This document shows positions 54,889 through 64,000 of a stretch of DNA of 64,000 bases, piece after piece. Source of the stretch: Pyrobaculum sp. (GTDB lineage: Archaea > Thermoproteota > Thermoprotei > Thermoproteales > Thermoproteaceae). The notes below the pieces were generated by a model that saw only the letters and a list, made by a program, of their open reading frames with translations, searched no databases and was not told the DNA's origin. The position numbers and the translations under genes were made by a program. Every line of letters starts with the position of its first letter. Positions within the stretch are counted from its first letter, which is position 1. The DNA is taken from NCBI GenBank assembly GCA_046293555.1, contig JBKBOT010000003.1, positions 1 through 64,000 of the forward strand, written 5' to 3'.

Positions 54889-56154
54889 TTACTGTAGCTC
54901 TCTTCCAGCCGTCTCCGGGAGGAGAAAATATGCGGTGGCTAAGGCGAAGAACGCCACGGCGTAGGTATAAAACACCACGCCGGCCAGCGGGTTGCCTAAC
55001 GCCATCCCTATATACTGGACTATAGAGGTAGTAAAGCCCCCGAAGAGGCCTATACCTATATTAAACGACACCGCCATCCCGGTATATCTCACAGGTGTGG
55101 GAAATAGCTCTGCCATGGTTGTGCTCAACACACTAAAGGTAAAGGCCGTGGCTAGAATCAAGAGGAACACCGCAGCGGTAATTAATGACAGATCTTTAGT
55201 CACAGTAAGCCAGGAGTATATGGGGTAGTAAGTCAACAGCCCCATGACCAGACCGGCTAGATAGACAGGCCTCCTCCCAATTCTGTCAGCCAGATATGCG
55301 TTTAAGACATAGAATGGGAATTGTAACATCGCAGCTATTCCCACCGCCGCGTTTGTGGCCACTGCGTCTAACTTAACCACTTGTGTTAAAAATGGAAATA
55401 TGTAGCCAGTAGAGGTATAGGCTAGTACCGAGTGGCCTGCGGTAATTGCCACCCCCAGTAGGATATATCTAGGGTATTTCGTAAAGGCCTCCAGAAGGGG
55501 CAGCCTGGAGATCTTGCCGCTATCTCGCAAGCTTTCAAACATGGGCGTCTCCGCCAATTTAAGACGTAGGTAAAGCCCTAGGACTGTAAGCACTATAGAT
55601 ATCAAGAAGGGCGTCCTCCACCCCCAGTCCCCAAAAACGGCTCTTGGCATGAAATACGACGTGAAAACTATTGTGAGCGAAGATAAGGCAAGCCCCAGAG
55701 GCGGCGTGGCCGCTATAAAGCCTACATAAAAGGCCCGGCGCCCCGGGGGGGCGTGTTCTAACACATATGTCACAGCCCCTCCGAACTCCCCCCCGAGGGA
55801 AACCCCTTGTAGCATTCTGAAAATAGTTAATAACAACGGCGCCGTCACTCCTATCTCGCTGTACGTAGGGATAAGCCCTATGGCAAAAGTGGAAAGACCC
55901 ATTAACACTAATGTGGCTAGGAAAGTGGCCTTACGTCCCACCCTGTCTCCCAGATGTCCAAACAACGCAGCTCCCAAAGGCCTAACCACAAAACCTGTGG
56001 CAAATACAAGCCATGTGTACAACATGCCGGCAGCCGGGTCGTGTTGAGGGAAAAACTTAGCGGCTATATAGGGAGATACAGACGCGTAAATAAAAAAGTC
56101 ATACCACTCAATTAACGTCCCCACTGTAGAGGCAGCAACAAGAAACCTTGACAT
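54889..56154 (-). CDS. MFS transporter (MHS/ProP-like)
   Basis: GTLIEWYDF, RPLGA..FGHLGDRVGRK, GGEFGGA, WGWRTPF; start at ATG 56154. Confidence 0.93.
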   Translation of the reverse strand: MSRFLVAASTVGTLIEWYDFFIYASVSPYIAAKFFPQHDPAAGMLYTWLVFATGFVVRPLGAALFGHLGDRVGRKATFLATLVLMGLSTFAIGLIPTYSEIGVTAPLLLTIFRMLQGVSLGGEFGGAVTYVLEHAPPGRRAFYVGFIAATPPLGLALSSLTIVFTSYFMPRAVFGDWGWRTPFLISIVLTVLGLYLRLKLAETPMFESLRDSGKISRLPLLEAFTKYPRYILLGVAITAGHSVLAYTSTGYIFPFLTQVVKLDAVATNAAVGIAAMLQFPFYVLNAYLADRIGRRPVYLAGLVMGLLTYYPIYSWLTVTKDLSLITAAVFLLILATAFTFSVLSTTMAELFPTPVRYTGMAVSFNIGIGLFGGFTTSIVQYIGMALGNPLAGVVFYTYAVAFFALATAYFLLPETAGRELQ

Positions 56155-56178
56155 AAGGAGGAAACTGCTTAATATATA

Positions 56179-56368
56179 TAAGCCCACCATCCTGGAAACA
56201 AGACGTCCCGGCCGCCGCACCTGGCGGCACCCCCGACCTGAAGCCAACGGCGACGTTTTGGCGCATCTCATAAAACACGTCGATTAAGGATGGATTCACG
56301 ACTCCCGGCATTGTTGACAACCGTTGGGCTAGCGGCTGGCTACAAGATGCCGATAGCAGGTAGGCTTA
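56179..56368. other. 190-bp GC-rich intergenic element with 10-bp imperfect terminal inverted repeats
   Basis: TAAGCCCACC (56179-88) / GGTAGGCTTA (56359-68); internal hairpins; bounded by the TATA boxes of two divergent genes. Confidence 0.35.
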
Positions 56369-56397
56369 CGCCAATTTTTATACTAAGTCTTTCTTGT

Positions 56398-57273
56398 ATG
56401 GAACTTCTGGAGCATATCACGCGGGTGTTCTCCGTCTTTCTCTCCACGGCCTTAGGCCTCCTCCTTGCCAGATATCTTTACGACAGGTTGGAGGCGTTGA
56501 CTAGGCCTCTCTCGAGACGTCTGGGGGTCCCGGCCCCCCTCCTGGCGCTCTCAATAGGCGAGGCCAGAGCCCCACATGTGGTCATGGCCCAGTGGCTACG
56601 CGGGGGGGCCGTGGCTTTCAGACATGTGTTAGTCTTCTCATTTCTCACCTGGCCCATAAGGGTGGTTCTCCTCCACCTCAGGCTGGGGATTATCCCCCTG
56701 GCGTTGGGGGCGTTGGGGCTGCTGGGCGCCATCTACCTCTCTGTGGTGTATCTACCCTCTGTGGTAGGGCTACTGCTGGCCTTACACCTCGGGAGGGGGC
56801 TTGTCTGGCCTGTAGGCATAGACGCCGGGAGGCAGTTTGCCTCTATAAACATACTAAAAACTGCCGGCGGCCTCACGGCCAGATATGCGGCATTTGAGGC
56901 AATATTTGCGGCGATGGACCTCCTGGGTATACGCATAGATTTCAGCTTTCTGCCCCTCCGCCCCGAGGCCTTGGCGGTGGCCTCTGTGGCCTCGGTGAGG
57001 CCCAGCCTTGGCATCATGGCCGCGGCGCCTGCCTACTTTGGCGGGAGGATTTCTGCCGGCGAGGTCCTCCTGTCGCTTCTGCTTGGCAGACTTGTCTACA
57101 TGTCGGTATTTGAGTTCCCCAGAAGCGCCGTGCAGTTCTACGGCTCCATATATCCGCCCTCTGTGGCCAGCCGGCTGGTTTTATACACGGCCTTGGTGAT
57201 GTATGGCGCCACGTTGCCCATCTTGGCGGTGTTGTTTATCACGGCTGGTGCCGGTGGATTGCAAACCGCTTGA
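56398..57273 (+). CDS. Polytopic membrane protein (nucleoside-recognition/Gate-domain-like)
   Basis: Multiple TM segments; TTTTATA about 20 bp before ATG 56398; family assignment tentative. Confidence 0.7.
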   Translation: MELLEHITRVFSVFLSTALGLLLARYLYDRLEALTRPLSRRLGVPAPLLALSIGEARAPHVVMAQWLRGGAVAFRHVLVFSFLTWPIRVVLLHLRLGIIPLALGALGLLGAIYLSVVYLPSVVGLLLALHLGRGLVWPVGIDAGRQFASINILKTAGGLTARYAAFEAIFAAMDLLGIRIDFSFLPLRPEALAVASVASVRPSLGIMAAAPAYFGGRISAGEVLLSLLLGRLVYMSVFEFPRSAVQFYGSIYPPSVASRLVLYTALVMYGATLPILAVLFITAGAGGLQTA

Positions 57274-57508
57274 AGCATATGGGCTGTTTAGTCTGGCTGG
57301 AATATGCCGCCAGCTGCTCCACCGTGGCGGCGGGGACGTAGTGAACCCGCCTCCCGTCTAGACTCACGCCAAATATGGCTGTCTCGTGTTGATTTAACAG
57401 CCCCAACTCTCTGAGCCTGTCTACAATCCCGGTGGGGTGGGCCTCTCTCTCTATCTCCACCTCCACCTCGGCGCCGCGGTCCAGGTCGACAAGCTTTAGC
57501 CGCATCAT
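57239..57508 (-). CDS. Small hypothetical protein coupled to nuoD
   Basis: ATGA overlap with the nuoD stop; beta-beta-alpha start. Confidence 0.7.
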   Translation of the reverse strand: MMRLKLVDLDRGAEVEVEIEREAHPTGIVDRLRELGLLNQHETAIFGVSLDGRRVHYVPAATVEQLAAYSSQTKQPICFKRFAIHRHQP

Positions 57509-58725
57509 CTGTCCGCCTCGGGGGGGAAGTATCCAAAGGACATGTATACCGCCGGCATGTCGGCAAGCCTGTATCCCCTCATGGCTTCTACCATCGCCTT
57601 TAGGTTACGCCAGCTGGGGGTAACATACCTCATTCGATATAGCCGCTGTGCCCCCGTGGTGAAGAGGTGGACGTAGGTAAGGCCGCGTGAGGCCTCCACC
57701 ACGGCTGAGTGCTCTCCAGGCTCTGGATATATGTAGGTATATACTCCCAACACCCCCGAGATCCCCTCCCTTCGGTATTCGGGGTTTTTAAACAAGAGCG
57801 CCTGATCTATGACGTCTCCCTCGGGCAGAGACTTGAGGACTTGCCGCACGATGTCGATAGATAGGTAGATCTCCCGCCACCTCACCAACGCCCTGGCTAA
57901 CGCGTCGCCTGCTTTCTCCACCACGGGGCTGAAGTCCAGCTCGCCATATGCGTCATATGGATGTATTTTCCTCACGTCGTACCCCACGCCGGAGGCTCTG
58001 GCGAAGGGGCCGACCACCCCCAGCTCAGCCGCCCTCTTTGCGTCTAATGCCCCCACGCCCTCTAGCCTAGCTCTCGTCACCGGGTTGTCTAGAAACAAGG
58101 TCTTAAAGTCTCTCAGCTTGTCCTCTGTTTTTGACAGAAGTCTCTCTATAAGGGCCACGTGCTCTCGTTTGATATCTCTCCTCACGCCTCCCGGCACGGG
58201 GTAGGAAATGGTGGTGCGGGCGCCCGTAATTTTGGCGAAAACCTCGGCGAAGAGGTCTTGTATGGCGAATCCCCACATGAAGGCCGTGGAGTGGCCTAGA
58301 AATATCCCCAGTAGGGCTATGTCGTATAGATGCGTCCTGATGCGAGAAAGCTCAGCTATCAACACCCTGAGGTATTTCGCCCGCGGCGGCGGCTCTAACG
58401 CCAGTGCCCTTTCTAGAGCCAACACGGCCGGATATGTGATGTTCATACTGTCCATAATGGAGGCTTTCTCCACAAGAGGTATGAGAGCCCAGTAGGGCCT
58501 ATTTTCAGCCAGCTTCTCTACGCCCCTATGTACAAACCCAGGGTCGGGCACCACGTCGGCGATCAGATCGCCGTCTAGCACTAAAAACAGCCTCATGTGT
58601 CCAGAGCCTGGATGTTGTGGCCCCACAACGAGGACCATCCCCCGCCTCCCGCCTAACAGCTCCTCCTCTCTCTCTATGAAAAAAGTGTCGCCAAATTTTT
58701 GGGCAAAAGGCCACTCAGCTAACAT
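57505..58725 (-). CDS. nuoD: Complex I-like subunit NuoD
   Basis: GPQHPGSGHMR, GFVHRGVEK, PGGVRRD, YFPPEADR; no NiFe CxxC motifs. Confidence 0.9.
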   Translation of the reverse strand: MLAEWPFAQKFGDTFFIEREEELLGGRRGMVLVVGPQHPGSGHMRLFLVLDGDLIADVVPDPGFVHRGVEKLAENRPYWALIPLVEKASIMDSMNITYPAVLALERALALEPPPRAKYLRVLIAELSRIRTHLYDIALLGIFLGHSTAFMWGFAIQDLFAEVFAKITGARTTISYPVPGGVRRDIKREHVALIERLLSKTEDKLRDFKTLFLDNPVTRARLEGVGALDAKRAAELGVVGPFARASGVGYDVRKIHPYDAYGELDFSPVVEKAGDALARALVRWREIYLSIDIVRQVLKSLPEGDVIDQALLFKNPEYRREGISGVLGVYTYIYPEPGEHSAVVEASRGLTYVHLFTTGAQRLYRMRYVTPSWRNLKAMVEAMRGYRLADMPAVYMSFGYFPPEADR

Positions 58726-59152
58726 AAACCTTCTCCTGTAGGTCTCTTACAGCTTTTAACAAGGCCTCTGGGGTGGGGGGACAGCCGGAGACATAGCCGT
58801 CTACCGGCACGACGTTGGCGGCGGGAACCATGTGGTAACTACCGTAAAACACCCCGCCCTTGATGGCACATGCGCCCATGGCTATGACATACTTGGGGTG
58901 AGGCATCTGCTCGTATACATACTTTACAAATTTTGCCATCTTGAGGGTTATAGTCCCCTCGATGACAATTATGTTGCTTTGCCTCAAGCTGCCCATAGGC
59001 AACATGCCAAATCTCTCGGCGTCGTAAGCCGAGCCGAAGGCGTGGCCGAACTCCACGCCGCAACATGCCGTAACTAGATGTGGAGGCCAGAGAGACCACT
59101 TTATACCCCACTTCCCCACCTTGTCTAACGTCTTTTTGATAAACACCTTCAT
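58715..59152 (-). CDS. nuoB: Complex I subunit NuoB
   Basis: TACCGVE, YEQMPHPKYVIAMGACA, GCPPTPEAL. Confidence 0.93.
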   Translation of the reverse strand: MKVFIKKTLDKVGKWGIKWSLWPPHLVTACCGVEFGHAFGSAYDAERFGMLPMGSLRQSNIIVIEGTITLKMAKFVKYVYEQMPHPKYVIAMGACAIKGGVFYGSYHMVPAANVVPVDGYVSGCPPTPEALLKAVRDLQEKVYVS

Positions 59153-59170
59153 TGCCTCCTTGTCATCTCC

Positions 59171-59180
59171 TTTATAAAAG
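59171..59180 (-). promoter_or_regulatory. Internal TATA box for nuoB-nuoD
   Basis: CTTTTATAAA 19-28 bp upstream of the nuoB ATG within a 90-bp AT-rich gap. Confidence 0.5.
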
Positions 59181-59242
59181 TCTTTTCCATATTTTATATA
59201 ATTAGATTTTTCTCTCTAATTGTTTTTACTTTCGCCATTTGT

Positions 59243-59593
59243 CTAACTCCACCTCTTGACGTCAGAAATTACTGCCAGATATCTAGCCACATATATTGCA
59301 GACAGCGCCAACACGACGGCGAGAGTTAGCGCCAGCTCAGGCGTAACCCACTGATATATCAACGCCGCCACAATCAAAAGCCCCGCCACTGCCTCAAAGG
59401 CGGTGGCCATGTAGATATAGCCCACGTACTGGACTACCAGCCTTCGCTTTACCTCGCCATATGGGGGGTTGCCGGCTTCAAACCTCCTCTCCTTTACTTT
59501 GCCAGGCCTCCTGGGGGCCAACATATAGCCCACAACAACTAACAAGACCAGCGCCAAGGTTAGCAAGGCTACATAAAGGACGAAGGCAGTCAT
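59243..59593 (-). CDS. nuoA: Complex I subunit NuoA
   Basis: Three TM segments, KERRFEAGNPP, AFE. Confidence 0.88.
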   Translation of the reverse strand: MTAFVLYVALLTLALVLLVVVGYMLAPRRPGKVKERRFEAGNPPYGEVKRRLVVQYVGYIYMATAFEAVAGLLIVAALIYQWVTPELALTLAVVLALSAIYVARYLAVISDVKRWS

Positions 59594-60558
59594 GCCAAAA
59601 GCCTTAAGGCTATTGAGAGGAAGACTGAAGCTATGGCTAACGCCAGTAGTTTCGACCAGCCTATTTTCAAAGCCTGGTCTATCCTGTACCGGGGGTATAT
59701 AGCTCTGAGGAGCAACAGGGGGAAGGCTAGCGCGGCCATCTTGACGGCTGTAGCCACGGCGCCGGGAAACACGTCTGAGAAGGGCTGCCAGCCGCCTAGA
59801 AACAGCACTGATCCCAATAAGACGCCTGCATAGAGCTTTACATAAGTGCCGCCAAAAGACAGGATGAACAGAGTGGAGCCATATTCCGTATATGGCCCCA
59901 ACACCACCTCCGGCTCTGCCTCAGGTATCTCATATGGAAATCTCGTGGTGGACATAATTAGCGAGATGTAAAAAGCGAAGAAGGCTAGTGGGTTTAACAA
60001 AAGGCCCCAGACAGACTGGGCCTCCACAGCCTTTATGGGGTCCGCAGTGCCGTATAGTACCAACATGGCTAGTAGCGATAACAACAGCGGGATCTCGTAG
60101 GCGGCTGAGAGCAAGATCTCCCTCACCGCGCCGATATAGGTGAACTTGTCTGCCTCAGCCCACGCCATGCCGACTAGAAAGACCGCCACCAGGAGCCATA
60201 AAACCACGGCGATAGCCAGGCCGTAGGGGTTGTGAAACACCACAAGCCCCGGCGCCGCCGCGATGAAGGCAACGGGGAGGGCTTCCGCCACGAAGAGAGC
60301 CACGGGGGTGGCGGCAAAAAGCAGCCGGTTTGTATGTCTAGGTAACACCAGCTGTGAGAAGAGAAGTTTTATCAAGTCTGCAATGGGCTGTAAAAAGCCG
60401 CCGATTTGTTTAGAGACGTAGAGTGGGCCATATCTCCACTGTACTCTAGCCACAAGCTTTCTCTCAGCCCAAATAGCCACCACGAGAAATATAAAGATAC
60501 CGCCAATCCCCGGAAATATCAACGCCGCGATGATATCGCTAGGCAGCAGGTCGATCAT
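59590..60558 (-). CDS. nuoH: Complex I subunit NuoH
   Basis: ERKLVARVQWRYGP, LQPIADLIKL, PYEIPEAEPE, PRYRIDQ; start at ATG 60558. Confidence 0.93.
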   Translation of the reverse strand: MIDLLPSDIIAALIFPGIGGIFIFLVVAIWAERKLVARVQWRYGPLYVSKQIGGFLQPIADLIKLLFSQLVLPRHTNRLLFAATPVALFVAEALPVAFIAAAPGLVVFHNPYGLAIAVVLWLLVAVFLVGMAWAEADKFTYIGAVREILLSAAYEIPLLLSLLAMLVLYGTADPIKAVEAQSVWGLLLNPLAFFAFYISLIMSTTRFPYEIPEAEPEVVLGPYTEYGSTLFILSFGGTYVKLYAGVLLGSVLFLGGWQPFSDVFPGAVATAVKMAALAFPLLLLRAIYPRYRIDQALKIGWSKLLALAIASVFLSIALRLLA

Positions 60559-60953
60559 ACCAACGCCCTCCCGCCGGCCTCCATCTTGACCACATGTGGC
60601 TCCATCTCCCTCGGCGTCTTGTATGTAGACAGATCGCCCCACGTGATCTCCACATGTGGCGTATGTCTCAACGAGCCTGTGGGGCAGGCGTCTACACAAT
60701 AGCCGCAGAGTATACAACGGCCCCAGTCTATGCCGGGGTAACGCTTTCCGTCTTGCTCAAGGTGGAACCTGATGGCCTTAGAGGGGCATACGGCCTCACA
60801 GAGCTGGCAGGAGACACATTTGGCCCTGTCGTTTACAATAAACCCTCTGACTGAAGGCCCGTAGTCACGTCTTTCTTCAGGCCACCGTATGGTCCACGGC
60901 CTCTCTGTCAAGTTCTTTAGGGCGACTACAAACAGCTTGAGGTGTATGATCAT
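60555..60953 (-). CDS. nuoI: Complex I subunit NuoI (2x4Fe-4S)
   Basis: TIRWPEE, CVSCQLCEAVCP, CILCGYCVDACP. Confidence 0.93.
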   Translation of the reverse strand: MIIHLKLFVVALKNLTERPWTIRWPEERRDYGPSVRGFIVNDRAKCVSCQLCEAVCPSKAIRFHLEQDGKRYPGIDWGRCILCGYCVDACPTGSLRHTPHVEITWGDLSTYKTPREMEPHVVKMEAGGRALV

Positions 60954-62029
60954 TGGGCGCCTCTGGGGGTGAGACAGGGGAGCGTGGGGTCTACCGGCCC
61001 GATCACCTCCCTGCCCATAATCCTGTTTATCTCCTCCACATCTCTGTCGATGACGGCCTGTATGGTCTCCACCTCCTCTGGCTTCAAGTGTCTAAACCTG
61101 CCTTGAAGCTGTAGGAAACACCTTACCGGCTTCCGCTTGGGGATAGGCATGGTTACTCTAAACTCGCCGTGATCTATCTCGTAGTTAACCCAATGCCCCG
61201 TCTCAGTTGCTAGCTCCAACAGTCTTACGGCGTATTTTGGCTCAAACCTCCAGCCTGGGGTACAGGACTGTAGTATGTGTAGAAACGCCGGCCCCTCGGC
61301 GTCCATCGCCCTCTTGAACTTATAGACCATGTCGTGTACATACGCCGGGTTTGCAGTGGCGACGTACGGAATGCCGTGGGCAGCCGCTATGGCCGCCATA
61401 GGCTTTTTGTGAGTTATGTTGCCAGGCACCTTTCGGCCAGCGGGAGCTGTAGTTGTAGAGGCGCCAAACGGCGTGGTGCCGCTACGCTGTATGCCGGTAT
61501 TCATATAGCCCTCGTTGTCATACATTATGTAGATCACCCTATGCCCCCTCTCCAACATCCCGCTTAGAGCCTGGAAGCCGATGTCCGCAGTGCCGCCGTC
61601 GCCAGCAAAAACCACCACGTTGATCTTCCGGCTTGGATCTATCACGCCTCTTCTCTTTAACGCCTTTATGGCGGCCTCAATGCCGGAGGCCACAGAGCCG
61701 CCGTTGCCAAAAGCCACATGTATCCAAGGCACGGCCCAGTTGGTACGGGGATATACTACCGTGGAGACCTCCGCACAGCCCGTGGCGTTAACCACCACGG
61801 TGTCTGGCCCAAATATTTTTAACATGTGTCTAGTAATTACGCCGATGGTACAGCCGGCACAAAGGCCGTGGCCGGGGAGGAAGAGCTCCTCCTGCGGCAG
61901 CTCGAAGTTGGCGTATTCATACAGCCCTGGGTACTCCTCGGCTATCTTTAAGCCTGGCAGCTGGACCTGGTGGCGCCTGATGTAAATCCTCTCCTTGACC
62001 TCCTTAAACCTGCCCTTAACCTCAGTCAT
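60950..62029 (-). CDS. porB: 2-oxoacid (pyruvate):ferredoxin oxidoreductase beta subunit
   Basis: GHGLCAGC, GDGGTADIG, DNEGYMNTG (TPP binding). Confidence 0.93.
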   Translation of the reverse strand: MTEVKGRFKEVKERIYIRRHQVQLPGLKIAEEYPGLYEYANFELPQEELFLPGHGLCAGCTIGVITRHMLKIFGPDTVVVNATGCAEVSTVVYPRTNWAVPWIHVAFGNGGSVASGIEAAIKALKRRGVIDPSRKINVVVFAGDGGTADIGFQALSGMLERGHRVIYIMYDNEGYMNTGIQRSGTTPFGASTTTAPAGRKVPGNITHKKPMAAIAAAHGIPYVATANPAYVHDMVYKFKRAMDAEGPAFLHILQSCTPGWRFEPKYAVRLLELATETGHWVNYEIDHGEFRVTMPIPKRKPVRCFLQLQGRFRHLKPEEVETIQAVIDRDVEEINRIMGREVIGPVDPTLPCLTPRGAQ

Positions 62030-63227
62030 ATCCCCCCCTCAGGCCCACTGTGTACGTCACGTCGGGTGCCCACAGGCCTTTATGTATCTTTAGGGCCATT
62101 TCGTACATCATGTCGCTATCTATTGCCCTCATGCCGATAGTGGCCAACACGCTGTAGATCGGCTTGTGTAAAGTGGCGCCTAGCTCCACGGCCATGGGGC
62201 CTTGTAGGGGCCCGCCGTGGTTTATCGCCCTATCTATCACCACCACCTTGTCCACATTGGCCAGCAGCTTCCTCAAGAGCTCTCTGGGCCATGGCCTAAT
62301 TACTCTCAGCCGTAACGCCCCCGCCTTTATCCCCTCTTTCCTCAGTCTATCTACCACCTTTTTCGCCAGCCCGTGGATCGAGCCATATGTGACTATAGCC
62401 AACTCGGCGTCTTCCAGCATATATGGCGTAGCCAGGCCGTAGGCTCTCCCAAACCACTTGCTGTATTCAACATCTACCTCCTCGACGACTTTTATCGAGC
62501 CTCTCAAGGCCTCTACTGCCGGCCAGCGGATTTCCCAATACCACTCCGGCGTGCCCACTGCGCCCAGTTGGGCGGGGTTGTCCACATCTAGTTTAACCCA
62601 GCTTCTAGTTATTGGGGCAAACCTCAACGCCTCCTCCTCGTCTACCGGGACGTCTAACGGCTGGAGGACGTGGCTAGTCCAAAAGCCGTCGTAAGCCACG
62701 ACGACGGGGAGGTGGACTCTGGCGTCTTCAGCCACTCTATACGCTTGTATCACGGTGTCGAAAGCCTCCTGGGCGTTTTGTGTAATGTAGATAATCCACC
62801 CCAGCTCCCTCATAGACATCACGTCGCTGTAGTCCCCCCACACGTTTATAGGCGCGGAGTATGTGCGGACAGCCATCCCCATGACGATGGGGAGCCTTAA
62901 CCCCACGGCTATGGGCAAGTTTTCGTACATATGGCCCAGCCCTTGTGACGACGTCTCTGTAAAAGTCCTAGCCCCCATGGCGGAGGCGCCTATAACTGCA
63001 GACATTGCCGAATGTTCGCTCTCCACCGGTATAAACTCGGCGTCTAGCTCGCCGTTGTTTACATATTCCGCAAGTCTCTCCACTACTGGCGTCTGCGGCG
63101 TGATGGGATATGCCGCTATGACCTCCGGCCGCGCCATCTTTACCGCCAGAGCCACTGCGTGATTTCCAGTTAGGGCGATCCGCCTTTGTTCAACAGCCTT
63201 CTCTCTGGTTGCCAATATCTGCGTCAT
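62022..63227 (-). CDS. porA: 2-oxoacid (pyruvate):ferredoxin oxidoreductase alpha subunit
   Basis: AYPITPQT, ESEHSAMS, TSSQGL. Confidence 0.95.
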   Translation of the reverse strand: MTQILATREKAVEQRRIALTGNHAVALAVKMARPEVIAAYPITPQTPVVERLAEYVNNGELDAEFIPVESEHSAMSAVIGASAMGARTFTETSSQGLGHMYENLPIAVGLRLPIVMGMAVRTYSAPINVWGDYSDVMSMRELGWIIYITQNAQEAFDTVIQAYRVAEDARVHLPVVVAYDGFWTSHVLQPLDVPVDEEEALRFAPITRSWVKLDVDNPAQLGAVGTPEWYWEIRWPAVEALRGSIKVVEEVDVEYSKWFGRAYGLATPYMLEDAELAIVTYGSIHGLAKKVVDRLRKEGIKAGALRLRVIRPWPRELLRKLLANVDKVVVIDRAINHGGPLQGPMAVELGATLHKPIYSVLATIGMRAIDSDMMYEMALKIHKGLWAPDVTYTVGLRGGYD

Positions 63228-64000
63228 ATCTCTCTCACCATCTGTATTGCCCCCGTGGGGCAGACCTCCGCACAGATGCCACAGCCTTTACAAAAGGCGT
63301 AGTCAAAATCTATGGCCTTCATACGGAACTTCCTGCCGCGGGGCCCCTCCACCTCTCTCCAAGCCTCTATCACCGCGTCGTCTGGGCAATATAGCCAACA
63401 CTTTCTACACATGATACACTTGGCGTGATCAATGACGGGCTTCTCTATACGCCAGCCGCCTGTATGGTAGTATAGACTACTTCCGGGAAATACAGCCCCC
63501 GCCTTGTTTACCTCAGCCCACCCCACGACCTCATAGGGCCCCGTCAGAAAGGCGGAGGTTGTGGAGATAACGCCCTTGGGTCTGGCCGTGGGGTCAACCC
63601 TGGCGGGCGGGATCACCGCCGCCGTCTCGTACGCCTCCTTTGTGGCGGCGAAGTTCTCCTCCACCGCCTTGCCCAGCTGGTTTTCAAAAGCCTGCCTGAT
63701 GGACTCCAGCTTGGGGAACCCCATCACCTTTGAGAAGGCCCCCGCCAGGGGGCCGTTGGGGACATCTAACTTCACGTGCCTCCTGGCGATATCTATGGCG
63801 TCTAGCACCACCAGATAGACGTCGTCTCTGCCAGCTATTTTTTTCACCTCCTCCGGGGGCTTCGCCGTGTTGAAAATTATATAGCCGCCGGGCTTCACGG
63901 CGTCTATCACAAACCTCATGGAGTCTACAAGCTTGTCGTCAAAAACTATAGCCACGTCGGGCATCTTGATGGGCTCTAGGTCCTCAATTGGGTCGCTGCT
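63224..64000 (-). CDS. 2-oxoacid:ferredoxin oxidoreductase gamma-delta fusion (5' end outside window)
   Basis: Gamma-like N-part (FNT, LDAIDIA) fused to delta ferredoxin (TGGWR..P, CIMCRKCWLYCP, CKGCGICAEVCP); frame open to 64000. Confidence 0.9.
   Translation of the reverse strand, partial: SSDPIEDLEPIKMPDVAIVFDDKLVDSMRFVIDAVKPGGYIIFNTAKPPEEVKKIAGRDDVYLVVLDAIDIARRHVKLDVPNGPLAGAFSKVMGFPKLESIRQAFENQLGKAVEENFAATKEAYETAAVIPPARVDPTARPKGVISTTSAFLTGPYEVVGWAEVNKAGAVFPGSSLYYHTGGWRIEKPVIDHAKCIMCRKCWLYCPDDAVIEAWREVEGPRGRKFRMKAIDFDYAFCKGCGICAEVCPTGAIQMVREI

Noticed and set aside
56155-56370. RNase P RNA (GAGGAAAC ... GGCTTA resemble CR I and CR V)
   Set aside because: A TATA tract interrupts the putative CR I, and no P1-P4 helices can be built.
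57505-59152. NuoB/NuoD as a group 4 NiFe hydrogenase or sulfane reductase
   Set aside because: The large subunit has no cysteine motifs, and NuoB has the tandem CC of complex I.
59149-59238. Two chained micro-ORFs (14 and 13 aa) between nuoA and nuoB; the second overlaps the nuoB ATG
   Set aside because: More simply explained as an AT-rich internal promoter; too short to support.

Overview
Gene-dense chromosomal window from a hyperthermophilic crenarchaeon of the Thermoproteaceae, most likely Pyrobaculum. This is inferred from protein style, the split ATP-synthase and ribosomal operons, and TATA boxes about 25 bp upstream of start codons. Most of it is housekeeping: rfcS (partial), rps7, PCNA, FEN1, RadA, UDG, EndoV, Cdc48, AspRS, EF-1beta, tRNA-Ser(CGA), the rpoH-B-A1-A2-L30e-nusA-S12-rpoD-L18e-L13-S9-rpoN-Sm-mat string and atpF-E-A. 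Energy genes are fixCXAB (ETF), sdhABCD, and a 2-oxoacid:ferredoxin oxidoreductase operon running directly into a partial complex I (nuoI-H-A, nuoB-D). I found no CRISPR array, provirus or transposase. The signals absent from the ORF track are non-coding. There are three clear and two weaker box C/D guide sRNAs; two flank PCNA, have mutually complementary D-guides, and one matches the 16S 530 loop. There is also a structured leader on carS, a hairpin between the aldo-keto reductase and uspA genes, and a 190-bp element bounded by inverted repeats. A Grs-like (tetraether lipid-modifying) radical SAM gene lies close to carS. Family assignments come from motif recognition, not database searches.
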